A stretch of 64,000 nucleotides of DNA from a virus: positions 1 through 64,000 of the IMG/VR virus record IMGVR_UViG_3300045996_003284. One strand, given 5' to 3'. Position 1 is the stretch's first letter. Each line of letters starts with the position of its first letter. The notes under the pieces were generated by a model. That model worked only from the letters and a program-made list of their open reading frames with translations, was not told where the DNA came from and made no database searches. Below are positions 55,151 through 64,000 of the stretch, piece after piece. Both the position numbers and the translations under genes were made by a program.

Positions 55151-55579
55151 CTAGACCGTCTGCGCCGAAACGCCCCGGTAACTGGCAGAGCAGCCCGTCC
55201 CGTTGAAGGCCGCCCCGGTGCTGTTGCGAAAGCGAATCCGCCAGAACGGCGGCAGGGTGCCGCCGAAACTGGAAGCAATCGACATGACCCGGTTGACGAC
55301 CTGGGTGCCGGCGGAGACCAGGGGCATGGTACCGATCCACTTGTCGTTGCCGACAGTGTCGAAATAGACACCGTCGGCCGACCCCGCAGCGTAGACCTCG
55401 ATGACCCCAGTGGCCAGCGCCCCAGAGCCTGTCGTGATCTGGGCGAAGATCAGCACGTCGAGGTAGGCAGTGTTGGTAACGTTCGCAGAGGTGGCGGAGG
55501 AACCGTTGGCAAGTCCGAGAAGGCCGGAAACCGTGAGGGTGGTGGCGGTGGCGGCATAGACTGGCTGAATGTTAGCCAT
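55151..55579 (-). CDS. Structural protein
   Basis: TTLTVSGLLGLANGSSATS.NV.N..YLDVL...KWIGTM...AQTV. Confidence 0.7.
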   Translation of the reverse strand: MANIQPVYAATATTLTVSGLLGLANGSSATSANVTNTAYLDVLIFAQITTGSGALATGVIEVYAAGSADGVYFDTVGNDKWIGTMPLVSAGTQVVNRVMSIASSFGGTLPPFWRIRFRNSTGAAFNGTGCSASYRGVSAQTV

Positions 55580-56051
55580 TGTCAGGGGCCACGTTCAGAG
55601 CGCGGGCCGCGGCGACATCGAGATGATGGACCCGCGTTAGACCGATTTCCTCGGCCCGGCTGATCTGGGTATCCCCCAGCGCGACCATGTCATCACGCTG
55701 TTGTTCGGTCATGGCGCCGGCGACAACCATGGTCGAGAGCAAATTGAACACGGCGGTGGCGATCTCCGGATCGTTCATTCGGATGGTGTCGAACGAATTG
55801 GGCGCCAGGGTTTGCAGAATGGTGATGGCCGATCCCCGGAGGATCGGGTCCTCCGAGGCGGTGACGGCCTGGATGCGCGGCCACAGGCCCTTGAGCAACA
55901 CGTGGCTGCGAACTTCCGAGGCCGACACTGCCCTCTTGCCGGGGCGGGTTGGGGCGTTGAGGGTATCAGCCACGGCGCTGTCGGCCATCTCGGCATAGCC
56001 GAGGTTAAGCGGATCGGAGTCTATCTCCGCCGCGAGGGTTTCCAGATCCAC
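55572..56051 (-). CDS. Hypothetical phage structural protein
   Basis: GTG after AAAGGA; LAAEIDSDPLNLGY..M.D..VA..LN ... ISRAEEIGL. Confidence 0.65.
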   Translation of the reverse strand: MDLETLAAEIDSDPLNLGYAEMADSAVADTLNAPTRPGKRAVSASEVRSHVLLKGLWPRIQAVTASEDPILRGSAITILQTLAPNSFDTIRMNDPEIATAVFNLLSTMVVAGAMTEQQRDDMVALGDTQISRAEEIGLTRVHHLDVAAARALNVAPDNG

Positions 56052-56082
56052 GGGAACGGTTCCTTTCGATGCTCGGGATGTA

Positions 56083-56556
56083 TCAGAGGGATTGGCCCAG
56101 TCGGCGGATGGGCAAGCCGATGGTGCGCTCGAAGATTTGGCCGTCCATGGCGTTGACCGTGCAGAGCAGGGTGTGGATTTCGCCAGGGGGCTCCCATCCC
56201 GGATGGTTGCGTTCATCTTCGTCGATCTGGAACCAGACCGTGATGTTGGTCATGTCGTTGGTGATGCCGTAGATCCGCAAACCGGCAGCGACGGCGAGCG
56301 GCAACAGGACGAGGCTGACCGAGGCGATCCGGTTGGAGATCCCGTCCATTTCGACGGAGCAGTCAATGGTGTAGTTCTTCAATTCGTTGGGGTCGAGCGG
56401 GTTGGTCCAGGTCACTGTGCCGGTGCCGTTGCCGAAGTTGACGGTCCGCCAACTTGGCGCCAAGGCATGGCTGATGGCTCCTATATCACCATCGAGCAGC
56501 AGTTTGCCGTTTCCCACCAGCAACAGGTAACTGCCGTTTGCAAGAACTAAGGCCAC
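56083..56556 (-). CDS. Fibre adaptor-like protein
   Basis: LDPNELKNYTIDCS, C.V....GQIFERTI.L.IR; GTG start. Confidence 0.65.
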   Translation of the reverse strand: MALVLANGSYLLLVGNGKLLLDGDIGAISHALAPSWRTVNFGNGTGTVTWTNPLDPNELKNYTIDCSVEMDGISNRIASVSLVLLPLAVAAGLRIYGITNDMTNITVWFQIDEDERNHPGWEPPGEIHTLLCTVNAMDGQIFERTIGLPIRRLGQSL

Positions 56557-56641
56557 GGCGAATCCCCCGTGTCGAACAAAAAGTGTAAACGGCAACCGTT
56601 AGAAGATCGGTGAACGCTCCTCAGTCTGATTTAGGGTGCGA

Positions 56642-59218
56642 TCAAGAACTAGTCGGCGGGTCGGAGGAAACCGGCCCCGTCTCGACGAGGTCAATACCGG
56701 GCACGTAGGTCAACCCAACCTTTGCCGCTGGCACGAAATCACCATCGGGGGGCGAACCCTCGCAGACAAAGCCTTCCCAGTCGCGCGCGGGGTCATTCAA
56801 CAAAGGCCAGCCGGCGGTGGGCTGGTCGCTGTTGAAAGGGTCGGGCGCGCGGACAGCGGCGAACACAGGGCCGAAATCCGGGTTGGTGCCGGCGCGACTG
56901 TTGGGCCAGACTCCATGGGCTTCGATCTTCTGCGTTGAACTGACGCTACCCCACACGTTATCGAGATCAATGGGATACCCATTGGCCTCAAAATCAGCGG
57001 CCTTGTTCAGGAAGTGATAGAAAGCGAACGCGCTGCCGGGGTCAGTTCGAACAACATTGATGTTGCGCAGCAGAAGCCCTGTCATGCCACCGTTGATTTC
57101 GGCCGGAACGTAGAAGCCCCGCGTGCCGATACCAACGCTACCGGTCAAATTGTGAATCCGCACTGACCCGGCACGTCCCGTGCCGGCGGTGCCGGTTGAG
57201 AAGATGGTTCCCCGGATACCTTTGTCCGATCCCGTCACGTTGACCAAGCGGCAGTTCTGCAGGGTGATATCAGTTTTGGCCGAACCCGCGTGGACGAGAA
57301 CGGCATGACCCTGGGAAATCGACGCGTTGTCAACCAGAACCCCTTCGAGATAGACCGCGCCGCAGTCTCGAAAATAGAGACTGGCATCGCCGGAAGACGC
57401 CACCGCCGACGGTTTGAAAGCGCCGCCGATCACCGTAACCGACGCGGCTCCATCGAAGAATAGACCCGCGTCCGTATCGACACTGGCCTTTGGGATGACG
57501 CGAATGTGTTTGCCAACGACATCGTCACCGGCAAAGGTTCGACGCGAGTCCTTGTCGAGATGGACTGTCCAGTCGAATGCTGTTCGCGCAGGCCAGGGGA
57601 GCGAAACCGGGTTATCGGGAACTTTAACGGTTGAGTCAACAATCGTAACAACACAGGTCTCGTTCGAAAGCGTGCAGTTGGTGGGGGATGACAGAACCAA
57701 ACGGACGGTTTCGTTTTTTTCGACCAAAGAGTCAGCCGTGGTCTGAAGGGTGACGGTTTGAGTTTCCTGATCTTTCGCGAACTTCAGCACCGTGGGCGGG
57801 ATCGCGGTAAAATCCCCTGGGGTAGCGGTGCCGGGGGACGTCGCGACCGTAACCGAGCAGGCGCCAGTTCCCGATTTGGTCACTGTTATGGTTGTCGAAT
57901 CGCCTTCGGTTACTGTGACGCTATCCGGCAGATAGACCAGGGGGTCTGCTTCAGACTGAACGCCATCCGCCGTCCATGTGGTGTTGCACCCAACGCGCTG
58001 GGCGGCAATGGTGCGGTTTGCCGCCCCACCCAAGGCTTTGTTGCCAGGATAATCCGAAACGGGTAAATTCCCACTGTTGGCATCAGGACCACTGGTTGGC
58101 GCAACTAAGCCAACGGGGGGCTTTGACCAAGAAACCGCCCCTGCGGCGCAATGGTAGAACTTGTTTCTCTTGGCTGTTACACCGCGAACAGCGGACCCAC
58201 CAAGCGTTTCAAGACCCCACCGTTTGGATTCAAAAACCTGATTGTCGATAACTTGAATGCTCTTCGAAAGTTGATTTGCGTGGGTGCCAGTATTGCCAAC
58301 AATAAGAATTGCCGCATGCCTTGTGGTTTTATCATGTTCTTCTTTCAACACCTGAGTCAACTGGCCGCTACCGCCGGCCCGATAAACCGTATTGTTCTTA
58401 ACAAGAGTATCCTGATTGCCGGCTGACCACCAATTGGGCTCAGACGCGACCAAAATACCGGCGCGTTCGTTTCCGCCACCCTCGACGAAGTTGCCAAGAA
58501 CGGTGAGGCCCTTCGTTCCAATCCCAGTAATACCGCGCCCACCCCGGTTGCCACCAACATAGTTGTACCGGCTGACGCAGTCCTGGATAAAGTTGTAACC
58601 GTAGCCAACAAAGGCAGTGCAATCGTCCCCGCTTTGCCAAATATAGTTATACTCGACAATAGTATTGCGCGACGGGTAGGTTGAGCGGGATGTCGTGGTA
58701 TGAATCGAATCGGCGACCGTGTACATGATCGTATTTCGGGCAATATACCCATTGGTAGAGCCCTGAACAAAGATGCCACCGATGTTCTTTAAGCTATTCT
58801 TCTTGTTGTCGCCCTCAATCCAGATGTGCGTGATCCGAAAATTGCGTGTTCCGTAGCGAACGCGCACGCCCGACTTTTCTGGAGGGGCTCCACCATCGAT
58901 TTGCCGGGTCTGGGGCCAACTGTGCACGCGCATTTTCGTGAGTTCCGGACCAACGCCTTTCAATTCGATCGAGCGAGCGCGGCGGTCCGTCGCGTACAGC
59001 ATCGTCACCGGGCCATCCCCCGGCTTGCCATTGACTCCGGAAACCTTGATGCTGTCGATCGTGAGAACGGAGCTATGGTTATAGGTCCCGGCCGGAATCA
59101 GGACGCTATGCCCACCCGCCTTGGCCGCGTTGAAGCAGGCTTGCAGGGCCTTCTGGTCGTCAGCCTTTCCGTCCCCCTTCGCATTCCAGGGAGCGTTTTT
59201 GGGATTCAGGACAGCCAT
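56642..59218 (-). CDS. Beta-helix glycoside hydrolase/lyase-like protein plus Calx-beta and second beta-helix
   Basis: AKGDGKADDQKALQACFNAA..VLIPAGTY, ADSIH, SGDD, GRGIT; VTVTEGD...TSPGTAT.GDF..LKFAKDQ..D..VE.NET Calx-beta; AGGAG RBS. Confidence 0.85.
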   Translation of the reverse strand: MAVLNPKNAPWNAKGDGKADDQKALQACFNAAKAGGHSVLIPAGTYNHSSVLTIDSIKVSGVNGKPGDGPVTMLYATDRRARSIELKGVGPELTKMRVHSWPQTRQIDGGAPPEKSGVRVRYGTRNFRITHIWIEGDNKKNSLKNIGGIFVQGSTNGYIARNTIMYTVADSIHTTTSRSTYPSRNTIVEYNYIWQSGDDCTAFVGYGYNFIQDCVSRYNYVGGNRGGRGITGIGTKGLTVLGNFVEGGGNERAGILVASEPNWWSAGNQDTLVKNNTVYRAGGSGQLTQVLKEEHDKTTRHAAILIVGNTGTHANQLSKSIQVIDNQVFESKRWGLETLGGSAVRGVTAKRNKFYHCAAGAVSWSKPPVGLVAPTSGPDANSGNLPVSDYPGNKALGGAANRTIAAQRVGCNTTWTADGVQSEADPLVYLPDSVTVTEGDSTTITVTKSGTGACSVTVATSPGTATPGDFTAIPPTVLKFAKDQETQTVTLQTTADSLVEKNETVRLVLSSPTNCTLSNETCVVTIVDSTVKVPDNPVSLPWPARTAFDWTVHLDKDSRRTFAGDDVVGKHIRVIPKASVDTDAGLFFDGAASVTVIGGAFKPSAVASSGDASLYFRDCGAVYLEGVLVDNASISQGHAVLVHAGSAKTDITLQNCRLVNVTGSDKGIRGTIFSTGTAGTGRAGSVRIHNLTGSVGIGTRGFYVPAEINGGMTGLLLRNINVVRTDPGSAFAFYHFLNKAADFEANGYPIDLDNVWGSVSSTQKIEAHGVWPNSRAGTNPDFGPVFAAVRAPDPFNSDQPTAGWPLLNDPARDWEGFVCEGSPPDGDFVPAAKVGLTYVPGIDLVETGPVSSDPPTSS

Positions 59219-59255
59219 CTGCAAACTCCTATGAGTTGGCTTAAAGCGTGATCTC

Positions 59256-59289
59256 AAAAAAAAGACCGCCCAGGCAACTGAGCGGTCTT
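59256..59289 (-). terminator. Intrinsic terminator after RTX gene
   Basis: AAGACCGCTCAG-loop-CTGGGCGGTCTTTTTTTT. Confidence 0.85.
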
Positions 59290-59316
59290 CAACGGCGATG
59301 CTTTGTCGCTAGAAAG

Positions 59317-60330
59317 TTAAACAACCCACCAGTCGCCCAGTCCAACCGCATTGACGTCCAGGATATGGAGCACATGACCATCGTTGTCGGTGCTGGTATA
59401 GGTCGTGATGCCGTCATGCTCGACGGCTGTCGTCGTCATCTGTCCTTCGCCGCCCCGGAACGACAGAGTGTCGATACCGTCCCCTGGGCCGTCGGTGATG
59501 GAATCGAAGTCCGTGATGACGTCGTGACCCATCGGCAATTCGTTTGGATGATTCGGGTCGAACGCGAGGAAGTCGAAGACGAAGTCGTTGCCCCCACCCG
59601 AGTCACCGCCACCGGTGAAGGTCTCACTGCCCTTCCCGGCGATAAACATATCATCCGGCGAGCTGCCGATCACGGTGTTATCGCTGTCGCCGCCGTGATA
59701 GATGAGAGAAACCGGTTCGCTGCTGCCCTCAGTCGTGATCACGTTGGTGCCGGTGAAGACGAGCCTGACCTCGGACTCCCCCGTATCAAAATTCTGGGTG
59801 GTGAGATGCCCCTTGCTTTCCCCGGTGATCCAGACCTCAGGGTTTCTGCCAATGTCAAAGGCCAGGGTGTCCCGGCCGGCATTGCCGTCGAACCGGCTGG
59901 TACCATAGTACACCTCGTCATGGATTCCGCCGATGAAGAAGGTGTCATCCCCAGTACCGCCGCGCGCGGTGTCCTTACCACCGTTGCCGAATAGGGAATC
60001 GTTTCCGGCTCCGCCGTTGAGAAAATCGTCGCCGCCGCTCCCGAGCAGGAAATCCTGGCCGGCATCGCCGTACAGCTTCAAGGGGCCGCCACTGTAAAGA
60101 CCCCAGAGCGTGTCGTCGCCGCGTCCGCCCCAGGCACTGTCACGCCCGCCCTCGGCGAGGTCGATGAAATCGTCACCGTCCTGCCCGTAGATCTTGTTGT
60201 TGCCGTCACTACCCTCAATGTGGTCGTCGCCGGCACCGCCATAGGCGTTTGACTTCCCCGACAAGTAGATATTATCGTCGGATTTGGTGCCGTGTACGGT
60301 AGCGTTTTTCTTGCCGTGGATGGTCGCCAT
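59317..60330 (-). CDS. RTX/hemolysin-type Ca2+-binding repeat protein
   Basis: Multiple GGxGxDxL nonapeptides (GGAGDDHIE, GGRGDDTLW, GGAGNDSLF, GGTGDDTFF); GHDVITDF; no signal peptide. Confidence 0.88.
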   Translation of the reverse strand: MATIHGKKNATVHGTKSDDNIYLSGKSNAYGGAGDDHIEGSDGNNKIYGQDGDDFIDLAEGGRDSAWGGRGDDTLWGLYSGGPLKLYGDAGQDFLLGSGGDDFLNGGAGNDSLFGNGGKDTARGGTGDDTFFIGGIHDEVYYGTSRFDGNAGRDTLAFDIGRNPEVWITGESKGHLTTQNFDTGESEVRLVFTGTNVITTEGSSEPVSLIYHGGDSDNTVIGSSPDDMFIAGKGSETFTGGGDSGGGNDFVFDFLAFDPNHPNELPMGHDVITDFDSITDGPGDGIDTLSFRGGEGQMTTTAVEHDGITTYTSTDNDGHVLHILDVNAVGLGDWWVV

Positions 60331-60459
60331 GGAGTCCCCCAAAAATCTTTATTGATTGGTGACAAGGGCGTTCATCTTACCGGATTGCGTCTAAAAAAGA
60401 ATTATACTGAACGGTGTTTATACGAAAGATAACATGACTTGTGTTGTTTCTGCACAGGT

Positions 60460-63453
60460 TTAACGCGGCACGATGGTCTTGCCGCGGACGTCATAGCCGC
60501 TGCCGGGGAAAGCATCCTTGCGGGACAGAAGATTGTTGCGGGCAAGTCGAATGCGGGCATCGTCGGGCGCCACGAACCATTGGTGAAAGTCTAGGGCTGA
60601 AATCACATGGACAAAGTAGCTGTTGGCGTCGGGCTGAAATTGGCTCGCCGACCGGAACGTGTGGCCTGGAACCCCAAACAGGGAGTTCACGATGCAATTG
60701 CCATTGATATTGACACCCCCCGTGTTGAAGGTCACGGGAGGCCCGCCGGGTGAAAGCGCAAGTTTTATTGTGTTAGAGGATGCCTGAACCGAATAGTAAA
60801 GGTTGCCGATCGTTAACCCGGCCGGAATTTTAGTCCGGTCTATGAACCTAAGATAGTTGTTTGGATCCGTAATGCCCGTCGGTGTGATCACCCAACCATT
60901 TTGTGCCGCGGTCGTATCCCACCCAGGACTCGTGAGGGCGATGGTTTGATTGTCTGTCCTGTAGGTACAGGCTAGGTTGATATTACTCCATTGTCCCGGC
61001 GTCCAAGGACGGCGGTCTTGCAAAGTGGCGCCCCCACCTTCGCTGCTGATCAGAACATCGATCACGGTTGCTTTGTAAGGGTCGCATTTTAGACTATAGT
61101 ACTTCGGGTCGGTATCATTGTGAAACCCCCCGGCCAGGACCATCGGAACATAACTCCACCACTCCGCCTGCTGCTTGATGTCCGGGTCCTCACAGAGGCC
61201 GTAAGCAACCGAAAGCGCATCAACACCAAAATTATGCATCCAGGTTGCGTAACCGCCATGAGCCGTTCCGTTCTCTTTTAGGTGGGTGTCCAGATAGCGC
61301 CGGCCGTCGAGGACGTTGTTGCCATTCTGGCCGCCGGCGATGCGCCAGAATCCGGACTGGTAAGGTTGGATTCGATCGATCTCAACCCAATGCTCTTTAT
61401 ACGCTTTAACCAGTTTGTAGTTTGCGTCCGCTGGGTTTCCCATCGCGAAAGCATGCAGGATGCAACGCGCGTTGTGCGAGACGGCGCGGACCTGACCCAA
61501 CGCATTCATGCCACCGCACGGCGTGCTCAGCCAGTCAATGGTCATGCAGCGGCCGTGATTGGGTTCTGTGAAGACCCCCGGCAGGGTTGCCTCCATGTAC
61601 AGGGCGTCCAGGAAGTGCTGGTCGCCCTCGCTCAGGTAGGTCCAGAGATTGATCTGCGGGAAGTGCGCGGCGTCCAGATTGGTGATGCCGGTTTCCTGCA
61701 CGACCCCGTTGATGACCCCCGGATTCATCTCAATGCCATTGGCTTTTTGCACGATGGCTGGAGGATCAGCGGTGGTCCAGATGCTCGGTCCGAACAGCGC
61801 GGAATCCGGATTGCGGGTGGGCGGCAGGTAGCAAAGGATCTTGCGGGTCGTCCGGTTGTAGCCCTGACCGTGCATAGCGCCCATACCCCAGGCCGTTACC
61901 CGCATGGCCTGCTCGTGGTTGGCGAGTTGGGCCGCGGTGGCGCGGGCATGAGCGGCGATGCACCGGGCGTGCGGCTTGCTGGTGCCCCACGTGATCATCT
62001 CAGCATCGCCGACATCGGACTGGTTGTGGCGCAAGAGACCGCGCCGCATCGGGGCGTAGCCGGGAGGCGTGGTGATCAGCGTGCTGAATGCCGGATTGTT
62101 GACATCCAAAGGCGCGAACATCCGGCTTTCGATGCCATACGGAACGTTGTGGCGGTACACCAGTTTCGGCGGGTTATGAACTTGGTTGGCTTGAAGATCG
62201 AACCAGTCCATTTTTCCTTCAGAACCGACCGAGGCGATGAAGCACCCCTTGGATGACCTGACGTTCGTCCAGGCTCCGTTTCCATTGGTGACGCCGCGCA
62301 GGGTTGTGGCGTTGACTCGGACATCGGCGCTGAACTGGATGCCCTGCTGATCGGCCTCGACGTTGGTCTGCCACCCATAGATCGTCTTGAACAGAAACTG
62401 AATGCGCTTGGGGTTGTCGGGGGTGCCGCCCCAGGCGCGCAGGTAGAGCCAGCAGCCGAAATGGGGGTCCTTAGTCGTGGTGGTGCCCAGCGTGGCCATA
62501 TCGGAGATGCGCCACTCGGTGCAGACGGGACCGGACATGACCGGTTCGAACCATGCGCTGTTCGAGGCGGCGACCATGTTGGCCAGTTTGAAGGTCTTCA
62601 GTCCTTTCTCGGCGGTCAGCACATTCGTATGGGTCCGACCCTTCCACGACGTGAAAGCGAACTCAATGGCGACTTTGGAGGCGAGCGGGGTCGGAGAGGT
62701 ATGGATGCCGGTGTCCTGGGCCGTCCAGGTGCCGGCTTGGCGCTGCCAGATGATATCCTTACCGGTTCCCGCCGCGATCACGGGCATCAGCCACCGGGCC
62801 TGTGCGTGCTTCAGCGAGCCATCGGGCCAATAAGTCCGGTTGCTGAGCTGGCAGGGTATCCGATTGCCATCAACGGCCGCGTGGACGATGGTGCCGGTCG
62901 GCACGTGTCCTTTCTTGAAGACGACGCCAGCGTGCATTTCCTGACTGGCCAGACTGGGCACCGTGTCGTAGTTCTCAACGCGCGCGGTATAAAGGTTCTC
63001 GATCGTGGGGCTGCTGACGGCGGTAACGCGCAGCGTGATGGTGAAGACCTGATCGAAGTTGCCGACCTGCAAAGTCACGGTGTGGGTGGCCGTACCCCCC
63101 AGCGCGGTCAAGCCGACGACCAGCCGGTACCCGGTCGGCCATGAACCCTGGAGCGCCACCCTTCCACCCGCATCCGAGGTCAGGACCACGTCGTAGCCGG
63201 TGAATTCCGGTACCGGCGGCCCCCATTCGTCCGTGAAGTCGTCGGTGAATTCGGTTCCGGGAACCGGAGCCGCGATGGGGAACCCGACAAAGACTAGATC
63301 GGCAAGCTTGGTTCCGGCTGTCAAGTTGCCGAGCACATCAATCGCTAGGGGTTCGACCCGGCGTTCGGGCACAACGATGACGCCCGGACGGCGCAGCAGA
63401 CCGCCGCCGGGGCCGAGAACCAGGCCACCGTCGGGAGAGCGCAGGAGACCCAT
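60460..63453 (-). CDS. Large fibre-associated protein with putative polysaccharide-lyase-like (PcRGLX/YetA-like) module
   Basis: Cadherin/Ig-like N-domain; GVVFKKGHVP....IPCQ....WPDGSLK motif; DAAHFP...YL.EGD.HFLD. Confidence 0.55.
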   Translation of the reverse strand: MGLLRSPDGGLVLGPGGGLLRRPGVIVVPERRVEPLAIDVLGNLTAGTKLADLVFVGFPIAAPVPGTEFTDDFTDEWGPPVPEFTGYDVVLTSDAGGRVALQGSWPTGYRLVVGLTALGGTATHTVTLQVGNFDQVFTITLRVTAVSSPTIENLYTARVENYDTVPSLASQEMHAGVVFKKGHVPTGTIVHAAVDGNRIPCQLSNRTYWPDGSLKHAQARWLMPVIAAGTGKDIIWQRQAGTWTAQDTGIHTSPTPLASKVAIEFAFTSWKGRTHTNVLTAEKGLKTFKLANMVAASNSAWFEPVMSGPVCTEWRISDMATLGTTTTKDPHFGCWLYLRAWGGTPDNPKRIQFLFKTIYGWQTNVEADQQGIQFSADVRVNATTLRGVTNGNGAWTNVRSSKGCFIASVGSEGKMDWFDLQANQVHNPPKLVYRHNVPYGIESRMFAPLDVNNPAFSTLITTPPGYAPMRRGLLRHNQSDVGDAEMITWGTSKPHARCIAAHARATAAQLANHEQAMRVTAWGMGAMHGQGYNRTTRKILCYLPPTRNPDSALFGPSIWTTADPPAIVQKANGIEMNPGVINGVVQETGITNLDAAHFPQINLWTYLSEGDQHFLDALYMEATLPGVFTEPNHGRCMTIDWLSTPCGGMNALGQVRAVSHNARCILHAFAMGNPADANYKLVKAYKEHWVEIDRIQPYQSGFWRIAGGQNGNNVLDGRRYLDTHLKENGTAHGGYATWMHNFGVDALSVAYGLCEDPDIKQQAEWWSYVPMVLAGGFHNDTDPKYYSLKCDPYKATVIDVLISSEGGGATLQDRRPWTPGQWSNINLACTYRTDNQTIALTSPGWDTTAAQNGWVITPTGITDPNNYLRFIDRTKIPAGLTIGNLYYSVQASSNTIKLALSPGGPPVTFNTGGVNINGNCIVNSLFGVPGHTFRSASQFQPDANSYFVHVISALDFHQWFVAPDDARIRLARNNLLSRKDAFPGSGYDVRGKTIVPR

Positions 63454-63457
63454 GGTG

Positions 63458-64000
63458 TCAGACCTCGCTACCGATCAGGGTGACTTGGAGTCCCTTGGCG
63501 CTCGCTCCGGCAACATCGACGTCGAAAGTCACGATACCTCCCTTGGTCAGCGTCCCGGTCACGAAGGCGGTGCTGGACGCAACGGCGCCGGCGGCGGCGA
63601 TCGTGACCGGAGCGCTCAGGACGGTTGACCCGTTGAGGTTGACATCGACAGTCGTGACCGTGGTACCGGAAGCCGGCAGGTACATCTCGACGGCGGCCAG
63701 TTTGAGGGCGATTGGCATGCGCAGGGCGCGCACCCCGACGCCGACCGTGACAGTGGTCGTCTCAGCGAACAGCGGCACGACGATGGCGCGGGTGTTCTTG
63801 ACCAGGACCGCGTCGCCCGAGGCGTTAAATCCCACCACCTGCCCCTCGGTGCCGGTGATCTCGTTGGTGCTGGCGTAGGTGTCAATGGCGTCACGGGTGC
63901 GAACCGGACTCATGTAGGTCGTGGAACTGACCCCGGCTTGGGCTTCCGCCTGGGTGGCAAAGGTGCCGCCGCCACCGCCACCGCCCCCCTGAGCTGACAT
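63458..64000 (-). CDS. Fibre-type structural protein (may be 5' truncated)
   Basis: ATQAEAQAG....YMSP.RT..AI fibre repeat; C-terminal beta-sandwich. Confidence 0.65.
   Translation of the reverse strand: MSAQGGGGGGGGTFATQAEAQAGVSSTTYMSPVRTRDAIDTYASTNEITGTEGQVVGFNASGDAVLVKNTRAIVVPLFAETTTVTVGVGVRALRMPIALKLAAVEMYLPASGTTVTTVDVNLNGSTVLSAPVTIAAAGAVASSTAFVTGTLTKGGIVTFDVDVAGASAKGLQVTLIGSEV

Noticed and set aside
1-64000. CRISPR array, tRNA/rRNA, integrase, transposase, reverse transcriptase/DGR
   Set aside because: No repeat-spacer pattern or recognisable motifs seen; paralog differences are not adenine-specific

Overview
The window holds two convergent modules with no visible integrase, transposase, tRNA or att site between them. 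(1) 1-16.1 kb, + strand: a divergent but complete Trb-type (MPF-T) conjugation cluster. The order is virD4/traG (5' truncated), RHH, trbB-C-(40-aa microprotein)-D-E-J-K-L-F-G-I, tandem RHH, lipoprotein, traF, and later a mobC-like gene. (2) 16.5-64 kb, - strand: the late region of a large siphovirus, with lysis cassette, tail fibres/tailspike, lambda-like J-I-K-L-M tail tip, tape measure, frameshifted tail chaperones, tail tube and head-tail joining genes. Upstream lies a block of at least 19 kb of fibre/decoration and glycan-active proteins plus an RTX-repeat moron. An Acb2-type anti-CBASS sponge sits inside the structural operon. The standout signal is that TrbJ (VirB5, pilus tip) is fused to a ~330-aa right-handed beta-helix whose motifs match, in order, a virion-region protein at 56642-59218. 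This suggests a conjugative phage or phage-plasmid with a depolymerase-armed pilus tip. Capsid, terminase, replication and relaxase genes are not in the window. An alphaproteobacterial host is an inference. All family calls come from motif recognition by eye, with no database searches.
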